Shown piece by piece: positions 30,200-39,352 of a DNA stretch of 64,000 nucleotides (position 1 is the first letter of the stretch; every line of letters starts with the position of its first letter). Location: positions 20,634-84,633 of the forward strand of contig JAGFZX010000007.1 in assembly GCA_017889585.1 (NCBI GenBank). The letters run 5' to 3'. Below the pieces are notes generated by a model. It did not search any database. It worked only from the letters and a program-made list of their open reading frames with translations, and was not told the origin of the DNA. A program made the translations under genes and the position numbers. The DNA is from Bacillota bacterium (GTDB taxonomy: Bacteria > Bacillota > Negativicutes > DSM-13327).

Positions 30200-31856
30200 A
30201 GATTGTCATCGTTGTGTACGGTCATGCCCAGTAAAAGCCATTGGGATTGAAAAAGGTCATGCCCGGTTAGTAGATGATAAATGTATCTTTTGTGGTAAAT
30301 GTGTGGTAGAATGCCCACAAAAAGCTAAACAGGTAGAAAACCAGTTGGCTTTGATACAAGAGGCTATTGCCAGTGGACGTAAGATGATTATGAGTCTTGC
30401 ACCATCCTTTGCAGGAAATTTTCCGGAATATACTGCCGCGCTTCTGGCAGGGGCAATAGTTGAGCTTGGCTTCACGGCAGTAGAAGAAACTGCAATCGGT
30501 GCCGAGGTAGTTTCCAGGTTCTATAGTTCTCTACTTAAAGTAGAAAATAAAACCATTATTTCCTCTTGTTGTCCAGTAATCGTTAATCTGGTGGAAAAAT
30601 ACTATCCGGCGCTAGTTGATAATCTTGCACCAATGATGTCACCAATGATGACTCATGGACAAATTCTTAAACATAAATATGGCAATGATGCCTTTGTGGT
30701 GTTTGCAGGACCTTGTATTGCTAAAATGGCGGAGATTGAGAATGCAGATTGCCAATATATTGATGCTGTTATTACATTTGATCAATTGAAAAAATGGTTA
30801 AATCATAGTAATTTGGAGCCAAGTACTGCAACTTTTGATGATGAAGCCTTAGGTAATTGCCGATATCTTCCTATACCTGGTGGAATTTTAAAGTCCTTTA
30901 TGAAGCATGATGAAACAGATACGGAAATCATAGCTGTAGATGGCATTAAAAAATGTATGGAGGTATTAGATGGATTATCATCAGGGGTGATATCCCCCCG
31001 CTTCATTGAAGCCTTAGCCTGTACTGGAGGATGTGTTGCAGGACCCGTTAATGGTAATTCTTTCTGCACGCCTGCCAAAAAAGCTAAGGTGGTTGCTTTT
31101 GCAAAAAGCGGTAATAATGATATACAACATCTGATTTCAGCAGATTTGAATTTTAATCATGAATATCGTAGCCGGCCAGTTGCTATTGTTATGCCAAGAA
31201 AAGATGAAATCGCTGGAATCTTGGCCCAGACAGGCAAGCGGATTCCTAAAGATGAAAAAAATTGTGGGGCCTGTGGGTATAATACTTGTCGTGAAAAAGC
31301 CATTGCTGTTTATCAGGGATTGGCGGAAATCGATATGTGCATCCCGTACATGCGCTCTAAAGCCGAGTCCTTTGCTAATGTTATTGTAGATAATTCCCTT
31401 AATGGTATTATTGTTGTAAATGATAAAATGGTGATTCAGGAGTTTAATCCTGCGGCGGAGAGAATGTTCAATAAACGCTGTGATATGGTGAAAGGTCTCA
31501 ATCTTGCTGAGGTTATAGATTGTACTGATTTTGTTGAAGTCGCAGCTTCTGGGCGCAAAATCGTGAGGAAACGGGTAAAGTATCCCTTGCTTGAGTTAAC
31601 TACAGAGCAAATGATTATTCCGGTACCAGAACATGGGCTGGTTTTTGGAATATTAATAGATGTTACAGCTAATGAAAAAAGAGATCAAGAAATTGAGCAG
31701 ATAAAATTGGATACGGTAGAAAAAGCTACAGAAGTGATTACAAAACAGATGCAAGTAGCCCAGGAAATAGCTGGTCTATTAGGGGAAACTACAGCAGATA
31801 CTAAGGGGGCCTTGTTGGAACTTATTGGCCTAATCAAAGGTAAGGGGGAGAAATAA
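30162..31856 (+). CDS. hfsB: PAS-domain sensory [FeFe]-hydrogenase (group C, HfsB/HydS)
   Basis: 2x[4Fe-4S]; H-cluster motifs SSCCPV, GPCIAK, EALACTGGCVAG; NCGACGYNTC; PAS; KQMQVAQEIAGLLGETTA tail. Confidence 0.9.
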   Translation: MMKTITTQKVNCKDCHRCVRSCPVKAIGIEKGHARLVDDKCIFCGKCVVECPQKAKQVENQLALIQEAIASGRKMIMSLAPSFAGNFPEYTAALLAGAIVELGFTAVEETAIGAEVVSRFYSSLLKVENKTIISSCCPVIVNLVEKYYPALVDNLAPMMSPMMTHGQILKHKYGNDAFVVFAGPCIAKMAEIENADCQYIDAVITFDQLKKWLNHSNLEPSTATFDDEALGNCRYLPIPGGILKSFMKHDETDTEIIAVDGIKKCMEVLDGLSSGVISPRFIEALACTGGCVAGPVNGNSFCTPAKKAKVVAFAKSGNNDIQHLISADLNFNHEYRSRPVAIVMPRKDEIAGILAQTGKRIPKDEKNCGACGYNTCREKAIAVYQGLAEIDMCIPYMRSKAESFANVIVDNSLNGIIVVNDKMVIQEFNPAAERMFNKRCDMVKGLNLAEVIDCTDFVEVAASGRKIVRKRVKYPLLELTTEQMIIPVPEHGLVFGILIDVTANEKRDQEIEQIKLDTVEKATEVITKQMQVAQEIAGLLGETTADTKGALLELIGLIKGKGEK

Positions 31857-33001
31857 TGCACCTTCATGCCGAGGTTAGTGTGGCGCAATTATCGAAAGTA
31901 GGTGAAGAGTTATGTGGGGATAACGTTGATGTGATTCGCACACATAAGGATACCATCATCGTTTTGTCTGATGGATTAGGGAGCGGTGTGAAAGCAAATA
32001 TTCTCGCTACCTTGACTACTAAAATTGCGTCTTCCATGTTAAGAAGAGGGATTTCCTTAGAAGATGTGGTCAATACCATTACCGAAACACTGCCTGTATG
32101 TCGTGAACGGAAGATAGCCTATTCCACTATGCATATTATAAAAATATCCCATGAAGGTGAGGCTACCATTGCAGAATTTGATTGTCCGACTTCCTTTTTA
32201 ATTCGTGCCGGTAAGGTAGTGCCTTTTCCGTCCAAAGCAAAATTTGTTGGGGGAAAAGTAATCAAAAAAGGTACTTTATCGCTGCAGGAGAATGATATGA
32301 TTGTAGCTGTAAGTGATGGCGTAATTCATGCAGGTATCGGTGGCTTGTTAAAACTAGGTTGGGGTTGGCAAGGCGTAGCCGAGCAATTATCCCTAGAGAG
32401 CCGGGGACAGCACGATGCGGAAAGTCTGTGCCAGCAGATTATCAATTGTTGTGAAGGTTATTATCTTGGATGCCCTGGGGATGACACCACGGTGGTAACG
32501 GTGAAAATTCGACGCAATCGGCACTTGACTTTATTAGCAGGGGCACCTGTTGACATAGCCAGTGATGAAAGTGTTGTCAGGAAGTTTTTGCGCCAGACGG
32601 GAAAAAAAATTGTGGCTGGTGGAACAACGGCAAACATAGTAAGTCGTATTACTGGCAAGCCTTTATCCGTAGATTTAATGTATCATGATGCAAAGATACC
32701 GCCAATCGGGCATATCGAAGGAATTGATTTAGTTACGGAAGGGGTATTAACCCTATATGCTGCAGTAGAACGTCTTAAGGATCCTAAGATTCGCCACGAT
32801 AAGGCACAAGATGGTGCCACCTTGATGGCAAAAATGTTAATGGAAGCCGATGAGATTGATGTGTATGCAGGGGGAGCCATAAACCCTGCACACCAAAATC
32901 CAATGTTCCCCATGCAAATAAATATAAAGGCGCAAGTTTTAGCAAAGCTACAGACGACCTTAGAGGATATAGGGAAGACCGTTACTACTGTATGGTTTTA
33001 A
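31856..33001 (+). CDS. hfsC: SpoIIE/PP2C-type Ser/Thr phosphatase (HfsC)
   Basis: EELCGD, LSDGLGSGVKANILA, SDGVIHAGIG, PGDDTT, GGTTA. Confidence 0.88.
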   Translation: MHLHAEVSVAQLSKVGEELCGDNVDVIRTHKDTIIVLSDGLGSGVKANILATLTTKIASSMLRRGISLEDVVNTITETLPVCRERKIAYSTMHIIKISHEGEATIAEFDCPTSFLIRAGKVVPFPSKAKFVGGKVIKKGTLSLQENDMIVAVSDGVIHAGIGGLLKLGWGWQGVAEQLSLESRGQHDAESLCQQIINCCEGYYLGCPGDDTTVVTVKIRRNRHLTLLAGAPVDIASDESVVRKFLRQTGKKIVAGGTTANIVSRITGKPLSVDLMYHDAKIPPIGHIEGIDLVTEGVLTLYAAVERLKDPKIRHDKAQDGATLMAKMLMEADEIDVYAGGAINPAHQNPMFPMQINIKAQVLAKLQTTLEDIGKTVTTVWF

Positions 33002-33112
33002 ACGGATAATAATGGATAATTTGGTTGTTTCTTGAGATTTGCCTGAACGAAGGACATTTATGAAATAAGATAAAATTTAATAATGTATTGTGTGTTAGCA
33101 ATGACAATGAAT

Positions 33113-33155
33113 GAAAACTCCTGTAAGAATTATAATAATTTTTGCAGGAGTTTTC
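33113..33155. terminator. Inverted repeat related to 430-471; probable terminator after hfsC
   Basis: gaaaactcctgtaagaatta-taa-taatttttgcaggagttttc. Confidence 0.55.
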
Positions 33156-33254
33156 CATTTTTAGAGTAAATATAGATGTTATAAAAGATGCCTTTTAAAG
33201 ATATTCAGGTAAAATCGATATTAAGCAGTTGATGTGAGAGGAGGAAGTATAACT

Positions 33255-34673
33255 ATGTATCGCAGGGAAAGTGACTTTTTAGGAGAAAAATCTATTCCTT
33301 CTGAGGCTTATTATGGAATTCACACCCTTCGGGCCGCTGAAAATTTTGATGTTTCTCGGCAGAAGGTACATCCGCAGCTTATCAGGGCCTTAGCGGTGGT
33401 CAAGCAGGCAGCCGCCGAAAGCAATATGTCCATAGGGTTGCTGGATGAAAATATTGGTAGTGCTATCTTCCAGGCGGCGGGAGAAATTGCTGACGGAAAA
33501 TTTAGCGAGGCTTTTATTGTAGATGCTTTTCAGGGCGGGGCGGGAACTTCTACTAACATGAATATGAATGAAGTCATAGCCAACAGGGCTATTGAACTTC
33601 TAGGTGGAAAAAAGGGGGATTATCATCTGGTACACCCTCTTGATCATGTCAATATGTCTCAATCAACCAATGATGTTTATCCTACAGCACTGCGGATGGC
33701 TGCTATTCGTTTACTCTTGCCCCTATCAGAAGCCTGTGCTGTATTACAAGGCGCTTTACAGGGGAAGGAAGAAGAGTTTAGCGGAGTGCTGAAACTGGGA
33801 AGGACTGAAATGCAGGACGCCGTACCGGTGACTTTAGGACAGGAATTTTCCGCATGGGCTGAAGCCATCAGCCGTGACCGCTGGCGAATCTATAAGGTTG
33901 AGGAGCGATTACGCAAGGTTAATCTAGGAGGAACGGCAATAGGGACGGGGATTAATGCCCCTAGGAAATATACTTATACTGTTATTGAAAGGCTGAGAAG
34001 CTTAAGTGGCTTGGGGCTTGCTAGAGATGAGAATAGTATTGATGGCACTCAGAATGCTGATGTATTTGTAGAAGTATCAGGGATGCTCAAGGCTTGTGCT
34101 GTAACCATGGTAAAGATCAGTGGGGATTTACGGCTGTTATCCTCAGGACCTTTTGGCGAAATAGGTCTGCCACAGCTTCAGGCAGGTTCATCTATTATGC
34201 CAGGCAAAGTAAACCCTGTAATGCCTGAGATGGTTACTCAGGTGGCTTACCAGGTAATAGCCAATGATCTGGCGATTACCTTGGCTGTGCAAAGCGGACA
34301 GCTAGAACTGAATGCTTTTTATCCCTTAATCGCGGCAAATCTGTTGCCGGCCATAGAGTCAATGGCCAAAGCTCTACGCTTATTTGCGGAAAAATGTATT
34401 TTAGAAATCCAGGCTATGCCAGAAGTGTGTTTAAACCATTTGAAAAATAGTACAGCCCTTGCCACAGTGTTGGCGCCTCTTATTGGCTATGAACAGGCAG
34501 CGATATTAGCCAAGAAAGCTCTTAACAGCGGGCGTCAAGTGATTGATATATTGCTAGAGGAAAAAGTGTTTACTCAGGAGGAGATTGCGCAGCTGTTGCA
34601 GGCCCAGCAATTGACCAGAGCTGGAGTGCTAGGGCGGGATATAAAATGGCAGAGGAGGAACGGAGATGAATAA
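33255..34673 (+). CDS. aspA: Aspartate ammonia-lyase
   Basis: YYGIHTLRAAENF, QGGAGTSTNMN, SQSTNDVYPT, GSSIMPGKVNPV. Confidence 0.9.
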   Translation: MYRRESDFLGEKSIPSEAYYGIHTLRAAENFDVSRQKVHPQLIRALAVVKQAAAESNMSIGLLDENIGSAIFQAAGEIADGKFSEAFIVDAFQGGAGTSTNMNMNEVIANRAIELLGGKKGDYHLVHPLDHVNMSQSTNDVYPTALRMAAIRLLLPLSEACAVLQGALQGKEEEFSGVLKLGRTEMQDAVPVTLGQEFSAWAEAISRDRWRIYKVEERLRKVNLGGTAIGTGINAPRKYTYTVIERLRSLSGLGLARDENSIDGTQNADVFVEVSGMLKACAVTMVKISGDLRLLSSGPFGEIGLPQLQAGSSIMPGKVNPVMPEMVTQVAYQVIANDLAITLAVQSGQLELNAFYPLIAANLLPAIESMAKALRLFAEKCILEIQAMPEVCLNHLKNSTALATVLAPLIGYEQAAILAKKALNSGRQVIDILLEEKVFTQEEIAQLLQAQQLTRAGVLGRDIKWQRRNGDE

Positions 34674-35910
34674 TACTCCAAGGGGTAATCGTCTACATAT
34701 CGCCTTATTTGGGCGGCGAAATGCTGGGAAATCTAGTCTGATCAATGCACTGACTAATCAACAAGTGGCAATTGTTTCAGGGATCGCGGGGACAACCACT
34801 GACCCTGTATATAAGTCTATGGAAATTTTGCCATTAGGACCAGTGGTGATGATTGACACTGCTGGCCTGGATGACTCTGGAGAACTGGGACAAATGCGTA
34901 TAAAAAAGTCGCTGGAAGTACTGGCTAAGACTGATTTGGCTCTTTTAGTGATGGATGCACAAACAGGGGCAGGGCAGTTGGAACAAGAAGTTGTTAGGCT
35001 ATGCAAAGAAAAAGATATTCCGGTGATTGGGGTTATTAATAAAATTGATAAATTCCCCGTAAACTCATTAGAATTGGATAGGTTCAAAGGACAGCTAGGA
35101 ATCGAAAATCTAGTGACGGTCAGTGCTCTTAATAAAATAGGCATAAGCGATTTGAAGATCTCCTTAGTGAGAATAGCACCAGTATGCTTTGATAATTTGA
35201 CCATTGTTGGCGATTTAGTTAACCCCGGTGATACGGCAGTACTGGTAACTCCCATTGATTTAGCAGCTCCCAAAGGACGGTTGATTTTGCCCCAGGTACA
35301 GGTCATCCGTGATGTTTTGGACTGTGATGCTATGGCTTATGTGGTAAAAGAGCGGGAGTTAAAAGAATGTATTGCCAATATGAAGAGGAAACCCCGCATT
35401 GTGATCACCGATTCCCAAGCCTTTCTCAAGGCAGATGCGGATACTCCCCCTGATGTTTTATTGACATCATTTTCCATTTTGTTTGCCCGTTATAAAGGGA
35501 ATCTGGAAGTGCTGGTAGAGGGAGCAAAGACCCTCTTAGCTCTGAAACCTGGTGATAAAGTTTTGATGAGTGAAGGATGTACACATCATCGGGTGGAAGA
35601 TGATATTGGTACTGTTAAACTGCCTCGTTGGATTCGCCAATTTGTCGGGGGAGAAATAGAATTTGAATGGTCTAGCGGAATGACATTACCTGTGGATTTA
35701 TCCCAATATAAGCTTGTAGTGCATTGTGGTGCCTGTATGCTGAATAGGCGGGAAATGCTGTCGCGTATTGTACAAGTACAGGAACAAGGCGTAGCCATTG
35801 TAAATTACGGAGTGGCTATTGCGGCCTTGCAAGGTATACTGCCAAGAGCTTTGTCGCCCTTTCCCTTATTGGCAGAAATGTTGAATGAAGATATAGAGTG
35901 GGGTCAATAG
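34666..35910 (+). CDS. hydF: [FeFe]-hydrogenase maturation GTPase/scaffold
   Basis: GRRNAGKSS, TTTDPV, DTAG, NKID, APKGRLILPQ, EGCTHH, HCGACM. Confidence 0.97.
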   Translation: MNNTPRGNRLHIALFGRRNAGKSSLINALTNQQVAIVSGIAGTTTDPVYKSMEILPLGPVVMIDTAGLDDSGELGQMRIKKSLEVLAKTDLALLVMDAQTGAGQLEQEVVRLCKEKDIPVIGVINKIDKFPVNSLELDRFKGQLGIENLVTVSALNKIGISDLKISLVRIAPVCFDNLTIVGDLVNPGDTAVLVTPIDLAAPKGRLILPQVQVIRDVLDCDAMAYVVKERELKECIANMKRKPRIVITDSQAFLKADADTPPDVLLTSFSILFARYKGNLEVLVEGAKTLLALKPGDKVLMSEGCTHHRVEDDIGTVKLPRWIRQFVGGEIEFEWSSGMTLPVDLSQYKLVVHCGACMLNRREMLSRIVQVQEQGVAIVNYGVAIAALQGILPRALSPFPLLAEMLNEDIEWGQ

Positions 35911-35922
35911 CAACAAAAACAG

Positions 35923-35962
35923 TAAAAATCCTGCAATTTTTTGGCAAACTGCAGGATTTTTA
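35923..35962. terminator. Terminator after hydF
   Basis: taaaaatcctgca...tgcaggattttta. Confidence 0.65.
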
Positions 35963-36015
35963 TATTAGTATCAGGATATATAATTTTTTGTGAAATAAAT
36001 GGAAAACCATATTTT

Positions 36016-36135
36016 TAACACAAAGATACAAAGCCGCTACGCGGACACAAAGAAAACAAAGATGATATTATAAATAAGTTTTCCTTTGTGTTTAACGTGG
36101 TTTTACTCTCAGCGTTCTCTGTGCCTCTGCGGTAA
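36016..36135. repeat. Degenerate ACACAAAG/CACAGAG-type intergenic repeat cluster overlapping the MFS 3' end
   Basis: + strand aacacaaagatacaaagccgctacgcggacacaaag; - strand accgcagaggcacagagaacgctgag and accacgttaaacacaaagg. Confidence 0.5.
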
Positions 36136-37803
36136 ATCCTTATTATATTTATCTATTAGATCAGGCACGAGTTCAGCCGATATCTCCACTTCGGGAGTTA
36201 TACCTTCGGCAAATAAAGTCATCCCGGCTTCTTCGCTAAAGCTTCTAGCAGATTTTTTCTCAAGACGTGCACTTCCCATTAGTAGGCTAACAAAGATACC
36301 GCCAATAGATACTAGCATGGCAACCCAGAAGACGATTTGTAAAGAGTCTGCCAGTGCAATTTTTAGAGGTGGCAGTAATATTTGCTGAAGATCTGCTGGT
36401 ATTGCCCCAAGGGCAGTTGGGCTTAATAATACATTAAAAAAACCATGGGGATCAGAGCGGGCATTTTCAAATATTGCTGCATGTGGCCCTGAAGTCAAAA
36501 CAGGAATGCTGTATATAACAGAAAAGAAATCCCTTTCCATGATGTCTCTTGAATAACCATTGAAGATTGCCCCTAGTATAGTCATGCCAAGAGTGCCGCC
36601 GATGCTGCGAAAGAACTGGGTTGCAGAGGTTGCTACTCCCCGCTGCTCAGGTCCGAAGGCACTTTGTACGGCAAGTGTAACGATTGGCATGATGACTCCC
36701 ATTCCGCTGCCAAGGAGAATTAGATAGAAAATAGCAGTACTTTGTTTAGTATAAACTGTCATTGTGCTCAACAGGTAAAATCCTAATGCCATGAGAATCA
36801 TACCAATTAAGTACATCAAGCGGAAGGTGACTTTCATTGCAACGCGCCCAGTAATAATACTTGTCAGTATTAGGGCGAGCATCATAGGCAACATGGTATT
36901 TCCGGAGCTTGTGGCGCTAGCCCCAATGACGCCTTGTAGGAAAAGGGGTAAGAACATGAGTGAACCAAACATTCCCAAGCCCATGAGAAAGCCAACAATA
37001 TTGGTTACAGCGAAAACCCTATTTTTAAATAAATCTAAACTTAGTAGAGGGTCAACAGCTTTTTTTTCCACCGGAATAAATAAAATCCAAGAGACAAATG
37101 AAATCCCTAGCAAACTCAATACTTGCCATGAACCCCAAGAAAAATTTGTACCTCCAAGATTTAATCCAAGCAGTAAACTAATAGTTCCGGTAATTAGTGT
37201 GATAACTCCTGCATAATCAATGACAACCGTATCTCTTAGTTTTTTCTCACCGCGTAAACCAAGATAGATAGCCAATGTGGCAAGAATTCCTATTGGTAAA
37301 TTAATATAGAAGACCCATTTCCAAGAGGAGAAATCAACAATCCATCCTCCTATGGTTGGACCAATGACAGATGATAGACCGAATAAGGCACCCATAAGAC
37401 CCTGCCATTTGCCACGCTCCTCTGGCGGAAATATGTCACCAACAATAGTCATAGCCAACGGCATCATGATGCCTGCCCCAAGTCCTTGTAGTGCCCGGTA
37501 GATAATTAACTGTAACATATTTGTGCTAGTACCACAGAGAGCAGAGCCGATCATGAATATTATTAGGCCTGTAATATAAATGACCCGCCGACCGTATATG
37601 TCTGCCAGCTTGCCAGCAATAGGAACAACCGTTGTTGAAGTAAGCATATATCCGGTAGTTACCCATGTCATGATACTGAGACCGCCAAGTTCTCCAATAA
37701 TCCTTGGCATTGCCGTCCCGACCACTGTTTGATCAAGTGAAGAAAAAAATAATGCTAGGAATAAGCCTATGAGTAATATATTGCGCTGAGATTCTGATTG
37801 CAT
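36109..37803 (-). CDS. DHA2 (EmrB/QacA, MDR) MFS efflux transporter
   Basis: LDQTVVGTAMP, GKLADIYGRR, RALQGLG, GPTIGG, WVFYINLPIG. Confidence 0.93.
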   Translation of the reverse strand: MQSESQRNILLIGLFLALFFSSLDQTVVGTAMPRIIGELGGLSIMTWVTTGYMLTSTTVVPIAGKLADIYGRRVIYITGLIIFMIGSALCGTSTNMLQLIIYRALQGLGAGIMMPLAMTIVGDIFPPEERGKWQGLMGALFGLSSVIGPTIGGWIVDFSSWKWVFYINLPIGILATLAIYLGLRGEKKLRDTVVIDYAGVITLITGTISLLLGLNLGGTNFSWGSWQVLSLLGISFVSWILFIPVEKKAVDPLLSLDLFKNRVFAVTNIVGFLMGLGMFGSLMFLPLFLQGVIGASATSSGNTMLPMMLALILTSIITGRVAMKVTFRLMYLIGMILMALGFYLLSTMTVYTKQSTAIFYLILLGSGMGVIMPIVTLAVQSAFGPEQRGVATSATQFFRSIGGTLGMTILGAIFNGYSRDIMERDFFSVIYSIPVLTSGPHAAIFENARSDPHGFFNVLLSPTALGAIPADLQQILLPPLKIALADSLQIVFWVAMLVSIGGIFVSLLMGSARLEKKSARSFSEEAGMTLFAEGITPEVEISAELVPDLIDKYNKDLPQRHRER

Positions 37804-37885
37804 GTTATTCTCCCCTCACGATTTGTCAGGTGGCTTTGAAAGTCACGCTACTGATATTGTATCCATATCAGCAAAAAAAATAGTC

Positions 37886-37925
37886 TATAATAATGAGATG
37901 ATCTATATAATAATGAGGTAATCTA
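37886..37925. repeat. 20-bp tandem direct repeat (18/20 identical) in the divergent MFS/RND promoter region
   Basis: tataataatgagatgatcta / tataataatgaggtaatcta. Confidence 0.7.
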
Positions 37926-38039
37926 ATTGGAGATAAAAATTTCCAATCTATTTTGTACACATATGTTTCACAATTTAATTACATTTAAAAAAAGTATTGG
38001 GAGTGGGAGGATTTGCTATCAGATCGTCGAATTATATGG

Positions 38040-38058
38040 AATGACTGATGAGTCAATT
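38040..38058. promoter_or_regulatory. Palindromic operator candidate (TetR-like) upstream of the RND operon
   Basis: aaTGACT-gatg-AGTCAatt just downstream of an AGGA-N16-CGAA promoter-like motif. Confidence 0.45.
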
Positions 38059-38159
38059 GTAAAAGGAAGTGATTACAATAAGAATGGGACATGATCCTAT
38101 CTTAGATAAGATAGTTTCATAGATGTTTTGGTGGTGTAGGTAGTTTTAGTAGGAGCAAC

Positions 38160-39341
38160 ATGAAGGAGGTAAATGAATTGGTTCACATAAGTTCAAAGAC
38201 AAAATGGCATTGTTTTATTGTACTCACCTTTTTAGTAAGTATGGTGGCTGTGAGTGGGTGTAGCCAGCAAGGGGCAAGACCAGCCCAGCAGGCTGTGGAA
38301 GTTAAGGTTATGCAAGTGGTGCAGAAAGATACTCCCATTACATATGAGTTTGTTGGGGCGGTAGAGGCCAAGAATGAAGTTCAAATTCGGGCTAAGGTTT
38401 CAGGTAATATTGTGGCTAAGATGGTAACAGGGGGGGCTACTGTTTCTGAAGGTCAGCCACTGTTTCGCATTGACAGCCGCCAATATAACTCTGCATTACT
38501 GACAAATCAAGCAACAGCAGCACAATCGGAAGCTCTGCTCGCTAATGCACGCAAAGATGTTAGCAGGTACAATCAGCTTGCATCACAAGGCGCCATTGCA
38601 CAGCAGACTTTAGATAATGCAGTGGCTATAGAACAGCAAAATGCTGCAGCAGCGCAAGCAAATTGGGCTAAGGTGCAGCAGGCACAAGAAGACATTGAGG
38701 ATACGGTCATTCTTTCGCCCCTCAATGGTAGAATTGATATTAATGATTTAAGTGTAGGTAGCTTTGTATCAGCTGGATCAACAATTATGGCGACAATTTC
38801 TTCCGTTGACCCAGTGATGGTAAAGTTTAGTATGAGTGAAAATGAATACTTACGGCTTGCTAAGAATCATCAAGATGCGTCTCCAACAGAGTGGGGGGGG
38901 AATTTGAAGCTAATTCTCAGTGATGGTTCCACCTATCCAATCGCTGGAAAGATCGAACAGGTAGATAAAGGCTTAACGACTGGTACAGGTACGCTTAGTT
39001 TTAAAGCATCTTTTGCCAATCCTAACAAGCTTCTTGTACCTGGCATGTTTGCTCGTATTGCTGTTCAAAGTGAAGTCCGCCCAGGAGCGTTATTAATTCC
39101 ACAAAGAGCTGTGCAGCAAATGCTGGATAAAACTCTCGTCACTGTTGTCGTAGAAGGTGATAAAACAGAAACACGGCCAGTTAAAATGGGTACAAAAATT
39201 GGTAATATGTGGGTAGTTGACGAAGGCGTAACAGCAAATGATCGTATTGTAGTAGAAGGCTTTATGAAGACGCCGCCAGGGACACCTGTCACGGTAATAA
39301 TGATTGGCCCGGATGATTTACAAACTCCGGCGAAGCAATAG
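38160..39341 (+). CDS. RND periplasmic adaptor (AcrA-like lipoprotein; start may be TTG 38178)
   Basis: Lipobox VSGC, VQIRAKVSG, GQPLFRID, LVPGMFAR, IPQRAV. Confidence 0.92.
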   Translation: MKEVNELVHISSKTKWHCFIVLTFLVSMVAVSGCSQQGARPAQQAVEVKVMQVVQKDTPITYEFVGAVEAKNEVQIRAKVSGNIVAKMVTGGATVSEGQPLFRIDSRQYNSALLTNQATAAQSEALLANARKDVSRYNQLASQGAIAQQTLDNAVAIEQQNAAAAQANWAKVQQAQEDIEDTVILSPLNGRIDINDLSVGSFVSAGSTIMATISSVDPVMVKFSMSENEYLRLAKNHQDASPTEWGGNLKLILSDGSTYPIAGKIEQVDKGLTTGTGTLSFKASFANPNKLLVPGMFARIAVQSEVRPGALLIPQRAVQQMLDKTLVTVVVEGDKTETRPVKMGTKIGNMWVVDEGVTANDRIVVEGFMKTPPGTPVTVIMIGPDDLQTPAKQ

Positions 39342-39352
39342 GAGGTAATCTG

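Noticed and set aside
38045-38052. CTGATGAG as a hammerhead ribozyme core
   Set aside because: No matching GAAAC or flanking stems; better explained as a DNA palindrome
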